Shown here: piece by piece, positions 1-13,140 of the stretch
Numbering within the stretch: position 1 is the stretch's first letter
How the letters are laid out: every line of letters starts with the position of its first letter
Source of the DNA: Octopus vulgaris
Taxonomy: Eukaryota
Reading direction: 5' to 3'
DNA length: 64,000 nt
Assembly (NCBI GenBank): GCA_951406725.2
Contig: OX597817.1
Coordinates: 42,904,001 to 42,968,000, forward strand
Translations under genes and position numbers: made by a program
Notes under the pieces: generated by a model
The model's input: only the letters and a program-made list of their open reading frames with translations
The model's database searches: none
What the model was told of the DNA's origin: nothing

Positions 1-58
1 AATTTTATTTAAGATCAATTTAACTTTATCTTGAAATTTTAAATCGTCCATTTTTCAG

Positions 59-176
59 GAAATTCCTAGTAAAATGATTCGAGCATTTGATGAGGCAAAA
101 GAATTGAATTCTGACCACTTCAAAAAATACATAGAAAAATTGCGATCAATAAATCCGCCATGTGTCCCTTTCCTTG
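59..176 (+). CDS. SOS: Son of sevenless homolog, internal exon (CDC25 RasGEF domain); gene starts upstream of window
   Basis: ttttcag|GAA...CTT G|gtgagt; translates [40 protein letters not shown], the SOS '[12 protein letters not shown]' motif; phase 1 joins next exon. Confidence 0.93.
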
Positions 177-375
177 GTGAGTATTCCTCCTGTCGTTGTT
201 GTTTTGTGAAAACATGTCATATTGAGTAGACTAGCATTCTTTCAATAAATCATCATTCTGCTTTTAAACATGACAGGCTGGCAACAGATTTTAAAACTTC
301 CAGCATAAGGTTACAGCACTTCACTTTAAATAGGCATTTGATTTGTTGTTATTTAGTTCTAACCAAGCAACCTTA

Positions 376-705
376 AAAAGCACCATCTGAACGTGGCCAA
401 TGCCAATACCCCCTGACTGGCTCCCATGCCTGTGGCATGTTAAAAGCACCATCCGAATGTGGCCAGCACTATCTGAGCACGATCGATGCCAGGCCCACCT
501 GACTGGCCCTTGTGCCGGTGGCATGTATAAAGCACTCACTACACTCTTGGAATGGTTGGCGTTAGGAAGGGCATCAAGCTGTAGAAACATTGATAGATCA
601 GATTTGAGCCTGGTGCAGCTACTGGCTCTCCAAATGTCAGTCAAACCAGCCAACCCATGCCATCATGGAAAACGGATGTTAAATGATGATGACGATGATT
701 ATGAT
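376..705 (+). mobile_element. SINE-like repeat with RTE-type 3' tail (family 'C' here)
   Basis: aagcac..actacactc..ggttggcgttaggaagggcatc..caacccatgc..ggaaaacggatgttaaatgatgatg; recurs many times in the window. Confidence 0.8.
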
Positions 706-860
706 GAAGAACACAACAGCTGTATTATCAGCCCTATTAAGGAAGACAGCTTCAAGATTTTGTTGATTCACTTGAGTTTATGTCAACACTGGAAAAATAC
801 TAATGCTTGCTTGATGATTAAAAGCTATGAATTTTTTTGTTGTTATTTTCTTCTTATCAG

Positions 861-1033
861 GGATGTATCTCACGAACATTTTATTAACTGAGGAAGGTAA
901 TCCTGATTTTCTTCCTAATCGACCTGAGGGTATCATAAACTTCAGTAAAAGGAGAAGAGTGGCAGAAATTACAGGTGAAATTCAGCAGTATCAGAACCAA
1001 CCTTATTGTTTCAAGGTGGAATCTTCAATTAGG
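861..1033 (+). CDS. SOS: SOS exon (CDC25 domain C-terminal part)
   Basis: ttatcag|GG ATG...ATT AGG|gtaagt; [18 protein letters not shown]...[26 protein letters not shown], typical SOS1/2 sequence. Confidence 0.95.
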
Positions 1034-2084
1034 GTAAGTAATTACCGTAAATACTTGAGTGTAATCCACACTTTTTTCCTAAAATTTAATGGTCAAAATC
1101 CCTAGTGCGTACTATATATGAGGTTAAAAATGAAAATTATTTTCTAAGCAATGTCCGAATCTCTATTTGCTGTCCGGCAATGTTTATTCAGACACATTTT
1201 GTGATATCGGATGCGAAAATACCTTAAGCTAAGCCTGAAAGCATTGAAATCATAAAAGAATCATCCATAACTTGCAATAAGCAACATTTATTAAACGTTA
1301 TTACTGTTATTTCTTTATTTTCTGTAAACAAAATGCACAAAAAAGCTACACATTTGCATTATGTTATATATACAATACTAATAAAGGACGTTACCGTATA
1401 CATCTTTACAATAATAACCTCCTTGACTCAAGTTAGAGAAGGGATGTGTATTATACACAAGGTTTAGGTTTTTCAGAGGTACAGCTCCCTAAAAATCCCC
1501 TGCATATTATACTCAAGGGCGGACTATACTAGAGGATTTACGATATTCATCATTACACATTTCTGTTATCAATTATAGATACAATGAATTATAGTATTGG
1601 AGATGATACACTATCTATTTTAATGTCATTCTTAACTAATTAATGACCAAATTAATACATGCACTTGAAACCATCTCAGATTAAAATGCTGATGTGTATA
1701 CACATAATAAACATTATACATGCTGGTGCCACGAAAAAAACACCCAGTACACTCTCGAGTGGTTGGCATTAGGGGAGGGCATCCAACTGTAGAAATCTTA
1801 CCAAGGGAGACATTGTAATTCAATGCAACCCTCTGGCTTGTCAGATCCTGTTGAACCATCCTCTTGATGCCAGCATTTGATTATGACAATGCTGGTATTT
1901 TAATTAGTGGTTGTATTTTTCATTGGGGTTTTTAACTTTAACTAAAAACAACAGCTGATTAGTTTTGTAACATAATATTCACCAAAGTGTTAGTTCGTAT
2001 TAACTTTACATTATATTTTGTATGTGTATTATTTCACATTGAGTAACAGCAATGTTGATGGGTTGATTATTTTCAATCATATCG

Positions 2085-2416
2085 TTGCCAGAGTGGCTAA
2101 CTGGCTTCCATGCCAGTGACATGTAAAAGGCATCATTCGAGCGTGATTGTTACCATCGTTGCCTTACTGGCACGTGTAAAAACATTCGAGCAAGGTCATT
2201 GCCAGTACCGCCTGACTGGCCCCCCATGCCGGTGTCACGTAAAAGCACCCACTACACTCTTGGAGTGGTTGGCGTTAGGAAAGGCATCCAGCTGTAGAAA
2301 CTCTGCCAGATCAAGATTGGAGCCTGGTGCAGACATCTGGTTTGCCAGCCCTCAGTCAAATCATCCAACTCATGCTAGCAGGGAAAGTGGACGTTAAACA
2401 ACGATGATGATGATGA
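2085..2416 (+). mobile_element. SINE family C copy
   Basis: Same body, ending ggacgttaaacaacgatgatgatgatg. Confidence 0.8.
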
Positions 2417-4195
2417 AGGTTGCAGATTTTGCAAGGTTTGGGTAAAGTATTCAGTGATGAGAGGAGTGAGGAGAAATACAGTAAGTGGGTAAATTAGGTG
2501 TGCTTCAGTGAGGGTAGTATACATATTTTTAGTTTACAAGAGTATTTTTGTTAACAGTAAAAGAATTGTGGTAATGGTAGAAGACCCAGAAGGAAAATAT
2601 AATGTGTCACTGAGCTGGAAGGTTGTAGTTTAGTGGTCAGCCTGTTAGCTGTCCTTTTGTTTGGTCATGGTCTAAGACGAATTTGTGAGTGTAGCAACTC
2701 ATCTCTCTGAGATATTTGAGCTATACTCTTGTGCGGGTTTAGGGTTAAGACACATATATGCATTGTATAAGGTCAGTAACTATCCAGAGTTGAGAAACTT
2801 TGTCGGTTTGAATATAGACTAAGGTTTTTGTGATGAAGTAAGTTTTGGCTACTTGATAAATTTGTAATCAGTAGGAGAGGTCAAGAGAAATCATGGTGTC
2901 TGGCATTTATAAAGTCTGGGAAAGTTTTTTGTCTTTGAAACAGCATGTAGATACTCTAGACAATGTTATGAGGCTACATCAAGGCATATCTTATTTTGCT
3001 CATATTTGTCTTTTATATATATATGTTGTAGTGGTCTCCTAATTGGTGGTGGTGGTGGTGGTGGTAAGAAATTGCTTTCAGCTTTTGTAGACAATAGTGT
3101 GACCAACAGCAGCAGTACAACACTGAATAAACCACTTGCAGAATTAGGAATTGAGCACTTTGGCTACGGGTGAGGGGGGGGGGCACAAAAAATAGCATAA
3201 ATCAATGGATAGATTGCAGTTTACTCTTATCACGAGAATCTATTAGGAATTTCATTTATTTCCTCATTTGTAATCTATTTGATCTGGATTTTTTTATATG
3301 AATTTATTTCTCCAATCTTTAAAATGACTATATTTTAATATAAACCTTTAGGTTTATAACAGGTAAAAATGTATTCAAGGTATGCATTCTCTGAGTTTAT
3401 GCAAAAGTAACATTAAGATTTTAATCCACTGGGATTTACTATTAAACAAGAGAACTGTGTTGACCTTTTAAGAATAAATCATTATATTGATGTATGGTTG
3501 TGTAATGTTCCTTCCAGTCTCTGTATACTTATGGTTGTACTGTATTAACCCTTCAAGCACTAACACTTTAGATTTCATTAAAGCGAGTAGCTACATCAAA
3601 GTGGCAGATGAATGTTACTACTAGTTTAATCCCAGGTGGATTCTCTGCCAGCTGGTTTTCAGTGCAAGCTCTGCACCCTTTATATACAGTGTATCACTAG
3701 CAGGGGGAGCGAACCCCTACCAGCTAACAGGATCACAGGACTGGCCCATTTTGAGCTATTTGGCTCACATCAGCCACACACACTTGCACAGTAATAAGCT
3801 AAGAGATTTCATTATAACAGTTTACAGAGTTAGTAGATTATTGATAGATACTGAATTTTTTACATAGTTTTTATATTTGGTATGACTTATTTAATTTGTT
3901 TACATTCATTAATTATAGATTTTCTTATTAATGAACATAGTTAAAGAAGATACCTGGTTATAGTATTTCATTTTTATTAATTGCAATTTGTATCAGTGTG
4001 GAAAATGCTGGTGTTTAATTTAGACTTGTAAAACTGTTTGTTAACATCATCAACAACTTCTTTTTGTAACTTAAGTTTTTGGCATGCAACATTAATGATA
4101 ACTGTAATTTTTTGGTGTTCTAGAGTTAAACTTCATCATTAAACAAGTTTGAGTACATCATTTATGTTAATAGTTTCCATCCTTTTCTTTGTCAG

Positions 4196-4312
4196 GAGTT
4201 CTTTGTAAACCTTAATCCACTTGGTGACCTAAGTGAAAAGGACTTCAATGACTATTTATATAACAAGTCTTTGGATTTGGAGCCTCGTGGAGAAAAACAA
4301 CCACGGAAATAT
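4196..4312 (+). CDS. SOS: SOS exon (end of catalytic domain)
   Basis: tttgtcag|GAG...AAA TAT|gtgagt; [39 protein letters not shown] (SOS-like 'DYL..KSL..EPR'); 117 nt, phase 0/0. Confidence 0.92.
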
Positions 4313-4717
4313 GTGAGTTTTATTTCATTCCAGTACTATAATATTCAATATTGGTTAGTTTCCCAGTAAAATTATAATTGTTACTCTTTCTTAAAGAAAT
4401 ATTAATTAAATATTTTTTATATTTCAGTGAAAATTATTAGTCATTGTAATTCTTACTTAATCAAAAATCCACATCTCAAAGACTATGTTTGTGTTTTAAA
4501 TTATTTACACAAAAGCATGGTAGTTGAAGGATTGTTTAGCTGTTATTAACAGAAAAGCTTTGAGCTTCAACCATGGTGAATATTCAGGTGTTAAATATTT
4601 TCTCTCTACTCATATCTAAAATGTTCAGTGTTTGTTGCCATTGTAGATGAATGTCAATAACGATTAGAAATGTGGTCAACACTTAAATGAAAAATAACAC
4701 AACAAGGTTAAAAAATG

Positions 4718-4928
4718 ACATCATCATTTAATATCCGTTTTCCATGCTAGCATGGATTGGACGGTTCAACTGGGGTCTGGGAAGCCAGGAGGCTGCACCG
4801 GGCTCCAATCTGATCTGGCAGTGTTTCAGACTGGAGCCTGATGCAGCCTCCTGGCTTCCCAGCCCCCAGTTGAACTGTCCAACCCATGCTAGCATGGAAA
4901 ACGGACGTTAAACGATGATGATGATGAT
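4718..4928. repeat. Fold-back of two inverted SINE-C 3' ends
   Basis: catcatcattt..ccatgctagcatgg..ggctccaatctga / tcagactggagcc..ccatgctagcatgg..cgatgatgatg; arms about 95 bp, loop about 12 nt. Confidence 0.85.
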
Positions 4929-5449
4929 TGAAAATAAAAGTAGATCAAAACCATATAACTAAAATTATTTTTATTTAAGCATATGATTTACAATAGCTTT
5001 AGTGCATTCACAACTGCTTTTTTTATTATTATTATTATGTTACCAAAATACAGGCCTTGGAATATTCAACTTTAACTTCAGATATATGTTGAATGACCAT
5101 CTATGAATACCTAGTAAAATTACATATCCATATGTGCCATCAAGTCCATGGACTTAAATCCAAGAATATTATAATTGTTGGTTGGGTGTCTAAAAGTTTG
5201 TTCATGTTCTTTTCTACTCTAAGCACAAGGCCTGAAATTTTGGGGGAAGGGGCCAGTCAATTAGATCAACCCCAGTACACAACTGGTACTTAATTTATCA
5301 ACTCTTACTAATGGGAATGGTATCCTCTGGATTGGAGAAAGAGCATTGTTAGAAGTACATTTGTCATTAATCCACAGAAGGAAGAGTATGAAAGACAAAT
5401 AAACCTTGGAATACATTAGAGTTGGATCATAGACAGCTTCATCGACAAA

Positions 5450-5832
5450 TATTCTTTTCTACTCTAGACACAAGGCCTGAAATTTGGGGAGGGGGCAATC
5501 GATTATATCGACCCAGTATGCAACTGGTACTTAATTTATCGACCCCGAAAGGATGAAAGGCAAAATCGACCTCGGCCAAATTTGAACTCAGAACGTAAAG
5601 ACAGACAAAATACCTATTTCTTTACTACCCACAGAGGGGACAAACAAGGACAGACAAACGAATTAAGTCGATTACATCGACCCTAGTGCGTAACTGGTAC
5701 TTAATTTATCGACCCTGAAAGGATGAAAGGCAAAGTCGACCTCAGCAGAATTTGAACTCAGCATGTAATGGCAGACGAAATACGGCTAAGCATTTCACCA
5801 GACATGCTAACTTTTCTGCCAGCTCACCGCCT
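5450..5832 (-). mobile_element. tRNA-derived SINE (family 'A'), internally duplicated
   Basis: Minus strand ggcggtgagctggcaga head, gagttcaaat B-box-like motif, core gactttgcctttcatcctttc.gggtcgataaattaagtaccag present twice. Confidence 0.85.
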
Positions 5833-5956
5833 AAAGTTTGTTCATATTAAAATATCAATACATCTATATCAACCAGACTACTGATTGTGTGTGTTTGCTA
5901 TAAAAATGTATGTGATACACTTTAATTTAAATGTTGTTTTTTTTTTCATTAACCAG

Positions 5957-6188
5957 CCAAGAAAAACTGATTTTAATTTGAAATCTCCTGGAATCAAACC
6001 GCAGTCTAACCGTCACAACACAACAACCCGCAGTCATACATTCAATTTTGTTCCATTTGGCCACCAGCGAGTCAATGAAGAAGACACTGAATTGATACAA
6101 CATACTCCCCCAGCAACACCAAACACTCCACTCACCCCTACAACTACAGATGGAAGTTACAGCTTTGCAAATTCACTATCTGTCTCAG
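5957..6188 (+). CDS. SOS: SOS exon (start of C-terminal tail)
   Basis: aaccag|CCA AGA AAA...TCA G|gtgtgc; PRKTDFNLKSPGIKP...PPATPNTPLTP (SOS-like 'LKSPG' and 'PxTPxTP'); phase consistent with both neighbours. Confidence 0.85.
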
Positions 6189-6474
6189 GTGTGCATGAAG
6201 TTTTTTTTAATTTCTATGTGATCTTATGTTGGTTTCTTTTTAGCTTCATTTCATAATTTGTTTTATTGGTTAAGACTGTTCGTTGTTATTCTTTTGTAAC
6301 AAATATAATTGAAATGGCTAAAGCAGGCAAAGTGGACCTCAGCGGAATTTGAACTCAGAATGTAGTGGCAGACAAAATACCACTAAGCATTTCGCCCGGC
6401 GTGCTAACGATTCTGCCAGCTCGCCGCCTTTGTGTAAACATACCTGGCATGAGAAAAATATCACCATGCGTGTG

Positions 6475-6810
6475 AAGGCACATGGCTTAATGGTTAGAGT
6501 GTTGGGCTTACAATCATGAGGTTGTGAGTTCAATTCCCAGACTGGGCTGTGTGTTGTATTCCTGAGCAAGACGTTTTATTTCATGTTGCTCCAGTTCACA
6601 TAGTTGGCAAAAATGAGTTGCGATGTCACTGGTGCCAAGATGTATCAGCCCCTTTGCCTTTCCCTTGGACAATATCAGGGCATGGAGAGGGGAGACTAGT
6701 ATGCATGGGTGACCGCTGGTCTTTCAAAAACAAACTTGCCTTGACTTGTGCCTTGAAGGAGAACTTTCTAGGTGCAATCTCATGGTCATTCATGACCAAA
6801 GACGTTCTTT
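6475..6810 (+). mobile_element. tRNA-derived SINE (family 'D')
   Basis: ggcacatggcttaatggttagag (A box), gagttcaattccc (B box), then cctgagcaagac..tttatttca; similar copy at 46718-47045. Confidence 0.75.
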
Positions 6811-7070
6811 ACCCTACTTGGAAACAAGTGAGGGTTTGCAACAGGAAGAGCATCCAGCAATAGAAAGTTTGCCTTAATAAACTCCTTCTGGTTCATGCAA
6901 CCATGGAGAAGTGGATATTAAAATGATGATGATGAGTTAAATCATAATTCTTTTTCTTTATGTTGTGATGTCCAGTTCACATGATCATTTTTTCTTTTTC
7001 TCAGATTTTATAATAAAATTTGTAAATCTGTATCTAACCTTCTACTAATTGTTTGTCTGTTTTTTTGCAG

Positions 7071-7516
7071 GAAATCTCAACCCAGTTTTTAATATAATGT
7101 CTTTGAACTCTCCTCAAGAAGAACCTATTCCACCTATTCTGCCTCCTCCATTGCCTCCAAGAAAGCGAGGCAAAGACTCTGTGTCTTCTATCTTGGACTA
7201 TGTGCCTAATAAGTCAAGTTCATCAATGGCCCTTGAACCACCTTCTCTACCTCCCAGGGACAATCGTGATAGCATACCCCCACCTGTTCCACCTCGCAGG
7301 GATGTGGGCTATGGGACATTAACACTAGCACAGAGCATGCCTTTGTCTCGGCCACACAGCCACCCCCACTACAACACCACCCCTCCAGAGCGGAATTCCG
7401 AGCGGAACTATACCAGTTCAAATGATTTCAATGTTAACGGTGATAATACTATTCCAGAACTGCCTCCTAAGACATACAAACATATACCCAGTTGGCAACA
7501 AATCAGCTCAAATTGA
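7071..7516 (+). CDS. SOS: SOS terminal coding exon, proline-rich GRB2-SH3-binding tail
   Basis: ttttttgcag|GA AAT...; PxxPxR/K motifs PPPLPPRK, PPSLPPRD, PPPVPPRR, PELPPKT; TGA stop ends at 7516. Confidence 0.9.
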
Positions 7517-8019
7517 TACCAGTTCTTTTCCCTCCATTGAGTCAAGAAAGAGCTGGATTGCGAACCAAACCACCTTGGAATGATCCATTAAAAAAAAAAA
7601 AAAAAAATAACAAAACAAAACAAAACAAACAAACAAACAAACAAAAAAAGAAACAGAAATATGCTACTTAAAAGAAACAGTTTTAAAATAATACACAGAC
7701 AGATGAAGAGAGAACAAAATCTTTATGGAAATCTGGAACAAACAATTTGCTGTTTCACAAGCGTACACTTTCAACAGCCCCCATCGTTCCAGTCTTGCTT
7801 GCTTCTCCTGGTTGCTGTCACTGGACAAACTACTGCTGCTGCTGCCGTTACACGAACGGCGCAGCCGAAACTGTTGTCTCTGCTAATTAATACAACTGCT
7901 GACACGATAGCACGGTCGCATCTGCTGCAGTCACTCCTGTTAAATATAACACTGTCATCTTTTACAATAATTACTCTTACTACTTACTGCTGCCCAGACA
8001 GCGGGAGTACCTCACAGCT

Positions 8020-8071
8020 GTAACAACTACTACTACTACTACTACTTTGTTGTTGTTGGTTTTGTTGTTAA

Positions 8072-8108
<37 letters not shown>

Positions 8109-8230
8109 CATCATTACTAATTCTACTACTACTACTACTGCTACTGCCACTAAGACAGCAGTGGTCTCTGTTGCAGCCACTACTACTACTACTGCTATTA
8201 TTACTATTATGACTACTATCGCTGGTATTG
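8020..8230. repeat. Compound (ACT)n/(GTT)n/(ATT)n microsatellites after the SOS stop
   Basis: Directly visible trinucleotide runs. Confidence 0.9.
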
Positions 8231-10415
8231 CAGTGAAATGCTTAAACATACATTGATCTTGCACAACATTTTGATGCAAACAGATAAAAATCCAGGGAAC
8301 AATTTCCAAATAATTTGGCAGTATATAAAGTAGATAAAAAATAATAATAATAATGATAATAATAATAATAATGGTGGTGATAATGATAATGATAGTAAGG
8401 AAAGTTTTGCCTTCACACACTTCGCACATACACACATGTATGTACACATTGTGTGTGTGTTTGTGTGTATGTATATATACATGCATACACACATACACAT
8501 TCATGGTTAAAATAACAACAACAAAAAAGAAAAAACAATTAGCCCCTTCCCACCTCAATCCTCCTTGTAATAGCAGTACAGAACATTTTGAATAGACATG
8601 TGATGTGGTTTGGGACAGTAACACTTAGATAAATCTGGGTGATGGTTGCTGGATGGTGGTGTTATTTCTTGATCCTGTGTTTTTAAAAATGTTCATGACA
8701 ACAAAACAGCTATTCCCAGCATCTAGCCTTTATTTATTATTATCATCATTATTATTTTTATTATTATCATTATTATTATTATTATTACTTCCATTTTTTA
8801 AAAATTATTTTTTTTTCCGACTTTTACCACTGGGTTCAATAGTCCCCTGTGTTCAGTGTCTCTGATCCTTATATCCTACTAACTCTCTCTCTCTCTCTCT
8901 CACTCTCTCTCTATCTATCTATCTATCTACCTTTCTCTCTCTGACTATAATTGTTTCTAAATTTCTACTAATATGCTAATCCTTGAATACCCTGAAGCAA
9001 AATTATTAATCCTGCACTTCCAGATGATTTGTATTTAATTAGGCCAGGACACAGTAAAATACTTAACAAATAATATTAATAAGAATTTCTATCATTTTTC
9101 AAATTCTTAAATGACACACACACATACAATTTAACCCTTTAGCATTCACAACACTAATGGTATAAGCAATGTTGGTCTGTTTATAAGACAATGACGACAG
9201 TAAGACAAAATACATAATTTCTTGTTTGTTAGTGATGGTGGTTGTACTTGGTTCACACAAATATTTGCTGCCATGAACCTGGCAGCTCACTGCATTTGGC
9301 AAATATGAATAATGAAGGGTTAAATTACATATAAATCCTTTTTCATGTATTAGACGCTGAGAATTACATTGAATTTTCAAATTTTCATATTTCCTCAGAT
9401 TAGTATATTGTCATTGGATTGTAAATTAATAATTTCGCTAGTATATTTGAAGTCTTTTTAGATAATCCCCAATGCAAAACTTAATTCTTTGGTGTGGGGT
9501 ATCTCATTTCAATCAATAAAACCATCACCTTAAAAGCATCTTTTCATTTAATTTTGTGTAGATATCTAATTAAGGTTAATCAGAGTTGTAATGTCAAGTT
9601 TTAAAAAAATCATCTATTAGTTTGTTGTTGCCCCCCCACCTTTCATTGAAACTAATTATTTGAAAAAGTCTAACCAAAGATAACGCTGTCCAATGAAAAC
9701 TTAGCTATAAACCGTTAGTTACAATTATCAGATATTAACATACACAAAACTGTTATTCACGCAGTCTCATGTGTGCTATCATCTATGTATGTACAAAAGT
9801 ATGTATTTATGTTTATATATTTCTACATACATTTAAAAAGCACTAAAAAAATTAAAATTTATCTTACAAACTAGAAAAATCATTTGCAGCTGTTAAAACT
9901 CACTAAAATATACAGACCTTATGTAGATATTATTTTGTTTTATTAGTTTATCTTTCTTTATTTTTCAAGATAAAAGACTTGAAAAATTCTTCATAAATAC
10001 CTTTATGCACCACTCATTTTCCCTCTTACCACATACACACACACACTCTCTTTCTCTCTCTCTCTCTGATATTGTGTTTTATTTTCTGCAGGAACTTTTC
10101 ATATGACACTCTCATCAATAACATTTTTATTTTAATCTAAACTTTGTATTAGTTATAATAAAAGTGAAAAGCATGTGTGTGTGCCTGTCTGTGTATATGC
10201 CTGCATTCCTGTATGTGTGTGTGTGTGTAGCAGGGTCCAATTCCTGCATGCTGTAACAAGCTCAAAGAAACTAAACAAAACTGAAGATGTGACTGTCATA
10301 TGAAAATGAAAATTTCTGGTTCAAAAACTGTTGGTTCAAAAGAAAGTGTAAAATTTATTACATACCTACACACATCTACAGAATTCAGATATGGAATATG
10401 GAGCAAGAGTGTCTT

Positions 10416-10471
<56 letters not shown>

Positions 10472-11395
10472 TGTCTGGAACATTAAGTTAGGAATATTAT
10501 TTTATGATGTACTAAAACTATTTAAAAGATGATTCGTCTGTCCTTACATTTTTCTCTTATTTAAACAGAAGCAAAAAACATCTACCAATTCACATATTTT
10601 AAAAAAAAATATTGCAGTGACTTATTTTTAATCCAGTTCAGCAATTGTATGGGGTTTTTTTTTAACCCTTTTCCTCCCCTGAAAAAACAAAAAGACATAC
10701 TACCTATAATTCTTTAGAAATATTTAGGTCAGCAACATTTTAAATAATGCTAACAATAAATTCATTGTCACTAATCAGAATTGTGGAAATAAATCTCGGT
10801 TCTCAAGTAGGGTTAAACTCTGAAATTTTATACTGGAGGAGTACAGCATTGGAGGAATACAACTTCTTTTATTCGAGGAGTACAACTTCTTATAATGGAG
10901 GAACACAACCTTTATTGGAGGAATATGACATCTTATATAAATGGGCATTTCCTAAAGTCAAAACTCTTTCCCCCTGTTATAAGTTGCTTTCAACTTTAAA
11001 GTGTACAAAAGTAAACAAACAAAAGAAAAAATCAAACAAAAATTAATAAAACAAAGGCAAACATTGAAATGTGGTGGTACCAGCTGCAGTAGCAGTAATT
11101 TATAAATTGATAAATTCTGTTCTTCAAGGTGAAAAAGAAAGTAGCCTGATTCATTATGGTTCTTTACTTTGTATAAGAAATAAAACATGCAAAATATAAC
11201 TACAATGATACTCTGTGTGTGTGTGCATATGCATGTATATGCTTGTGTGTGTGCATGTATATGTATGTAGAATTGTGTGTGAATGTATGTATATATATAT
11301 ATATACACACACACACACATGTATATACATATGTATAAAGATTTTATATATATATACACATACATCCATATATATATCTATACGCATATATATTC

Positions 11396-11427
<32 letters not shown>

Positions 11428-11774
11428 GTAGTCTGTTCTCAAGCCTATAGGTTTGTTAAACCGGAGCTTATCCTGGTTTCTGATGCGTTTAAGTGACATA
11501 GAATACAGGATTTCCAACTGAACGGGAGGGATGCCAGTTCATTGAAGGATTACTCTCACCCCCAGCTGCTGTTGGCACTCATTTTCAGCTGAGTGGACTA
11601 AATCAACGTGAAAAGTGCCTTGCTCAAGGTCACAACAAGCCACCCAGTTCAAGAATCAAAGCCAGGCCCTAATGATTGTGAGCCCAACACCCTAACCATA
11701 CACACACACACAGTGTGTATGTATGCATATATATGTGTGCGTGTGTATGTGTGTATATATATATATATCTATAT

Positions 11775-11824
<50 letters not shown>

Positions 11825-12016
11825 CACTGAACATAAGATTGAGAGATCATTCAATACTTTTTTTGTAGAGTATTATATTAATTTCTACCAGAAAATGGTT
11901 GATAGTGACTTCAAAGTTTTAGTTCACTTCCCATCATCAAAACAGTCAGTCTGATAATGGCAAGCCAAAACTTCGAAGACATTATCAACTCTTCCCTTGT
12001 AAAATTTATACATACA

Positions 12017-12074
<58 letters not shown>

Positions 12075-12394
12075 TGTATGTATATATGTATACGCACACA
12101 CATATACATACATATTGCATATATATGTGTATGTGTGTATTCATTTATTTGAAGTTAAAGCTTCATTCCATCACTTCTGTGACCCATTTCTGTTTTTCAT
12201 GGTAACAAAATGGAAACAGGAAAACTGAGAATAGCAACAGAGAGAAGCCTTAGTATCAAATCAATGAATAAACTCTACTATATGCTTTGAGCACATTTTT
12301 CTCCCATTTCTAAATTCAGTATAGGCATATGTATGCGCATATATAATATACATATATGCATATAGGCACATACATATATATATATATATATAAA

Positions 12395-12458
<64 letters not shown>

Positions 12459-13100
12459 TATACATAATCATATACACACACATATATATAATCAAATCAG
12501 AGTTGTTGTTTACACTTGGAACAACATGAAGTTTTAAACAACATTTTGTTTGCTATAAACATGCCCCCATGCACTCTTTGGTATCAATGTAGTTACGGCT
12601 GCAGAAGTTATTTCTGTAATGTTTGTAAAGGGGGTTCAATGAAAACACCACGCTTTGTTTAAAGCTTGGTGGCTTTAATGTATGAACTATTAGTTGATGA
12701 CTTAATCTTCCCTACACAGCAATAGAACATTGCTTGGCTTCTATAAATCTATTTTGACAGCTACCTCTATGTACATGTGTTTGTATGTGTGGTTCTGTGC
12801 GTGTGTCGTTTTGATATGAAAGTGCTGGCACATCTGCTTATTGAGAGTACAAAAAAAAAAAAAACGGTACTGGATCTTTACTAACTTTACAGCCATTTAC
12901 AATCATTTTCTGGTTACAAAAAAAAAAAAAAAGAAAAATACAGATGAAAAAAAAAAAGAAAAACCGTTGTTAAAATTTAAATCTGAATTTTAAATCCTTT
13001 TTAATATTTGTGAAACCATTGCCTTATCTTTGTAGCTGCCTTCTCTGATCTGCAGTACATATGTAGTTTGGATATCTTTTCTAATAGAGAGCTATTTGAG

Positions 13101-13140
<40 letters not shown>

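Noticed and set aside
6475-6545. tRNA genes at SINE heads
   Set aside because: A/B boxes are present but no full cloverleaf is evident and they continue into SINE bodies
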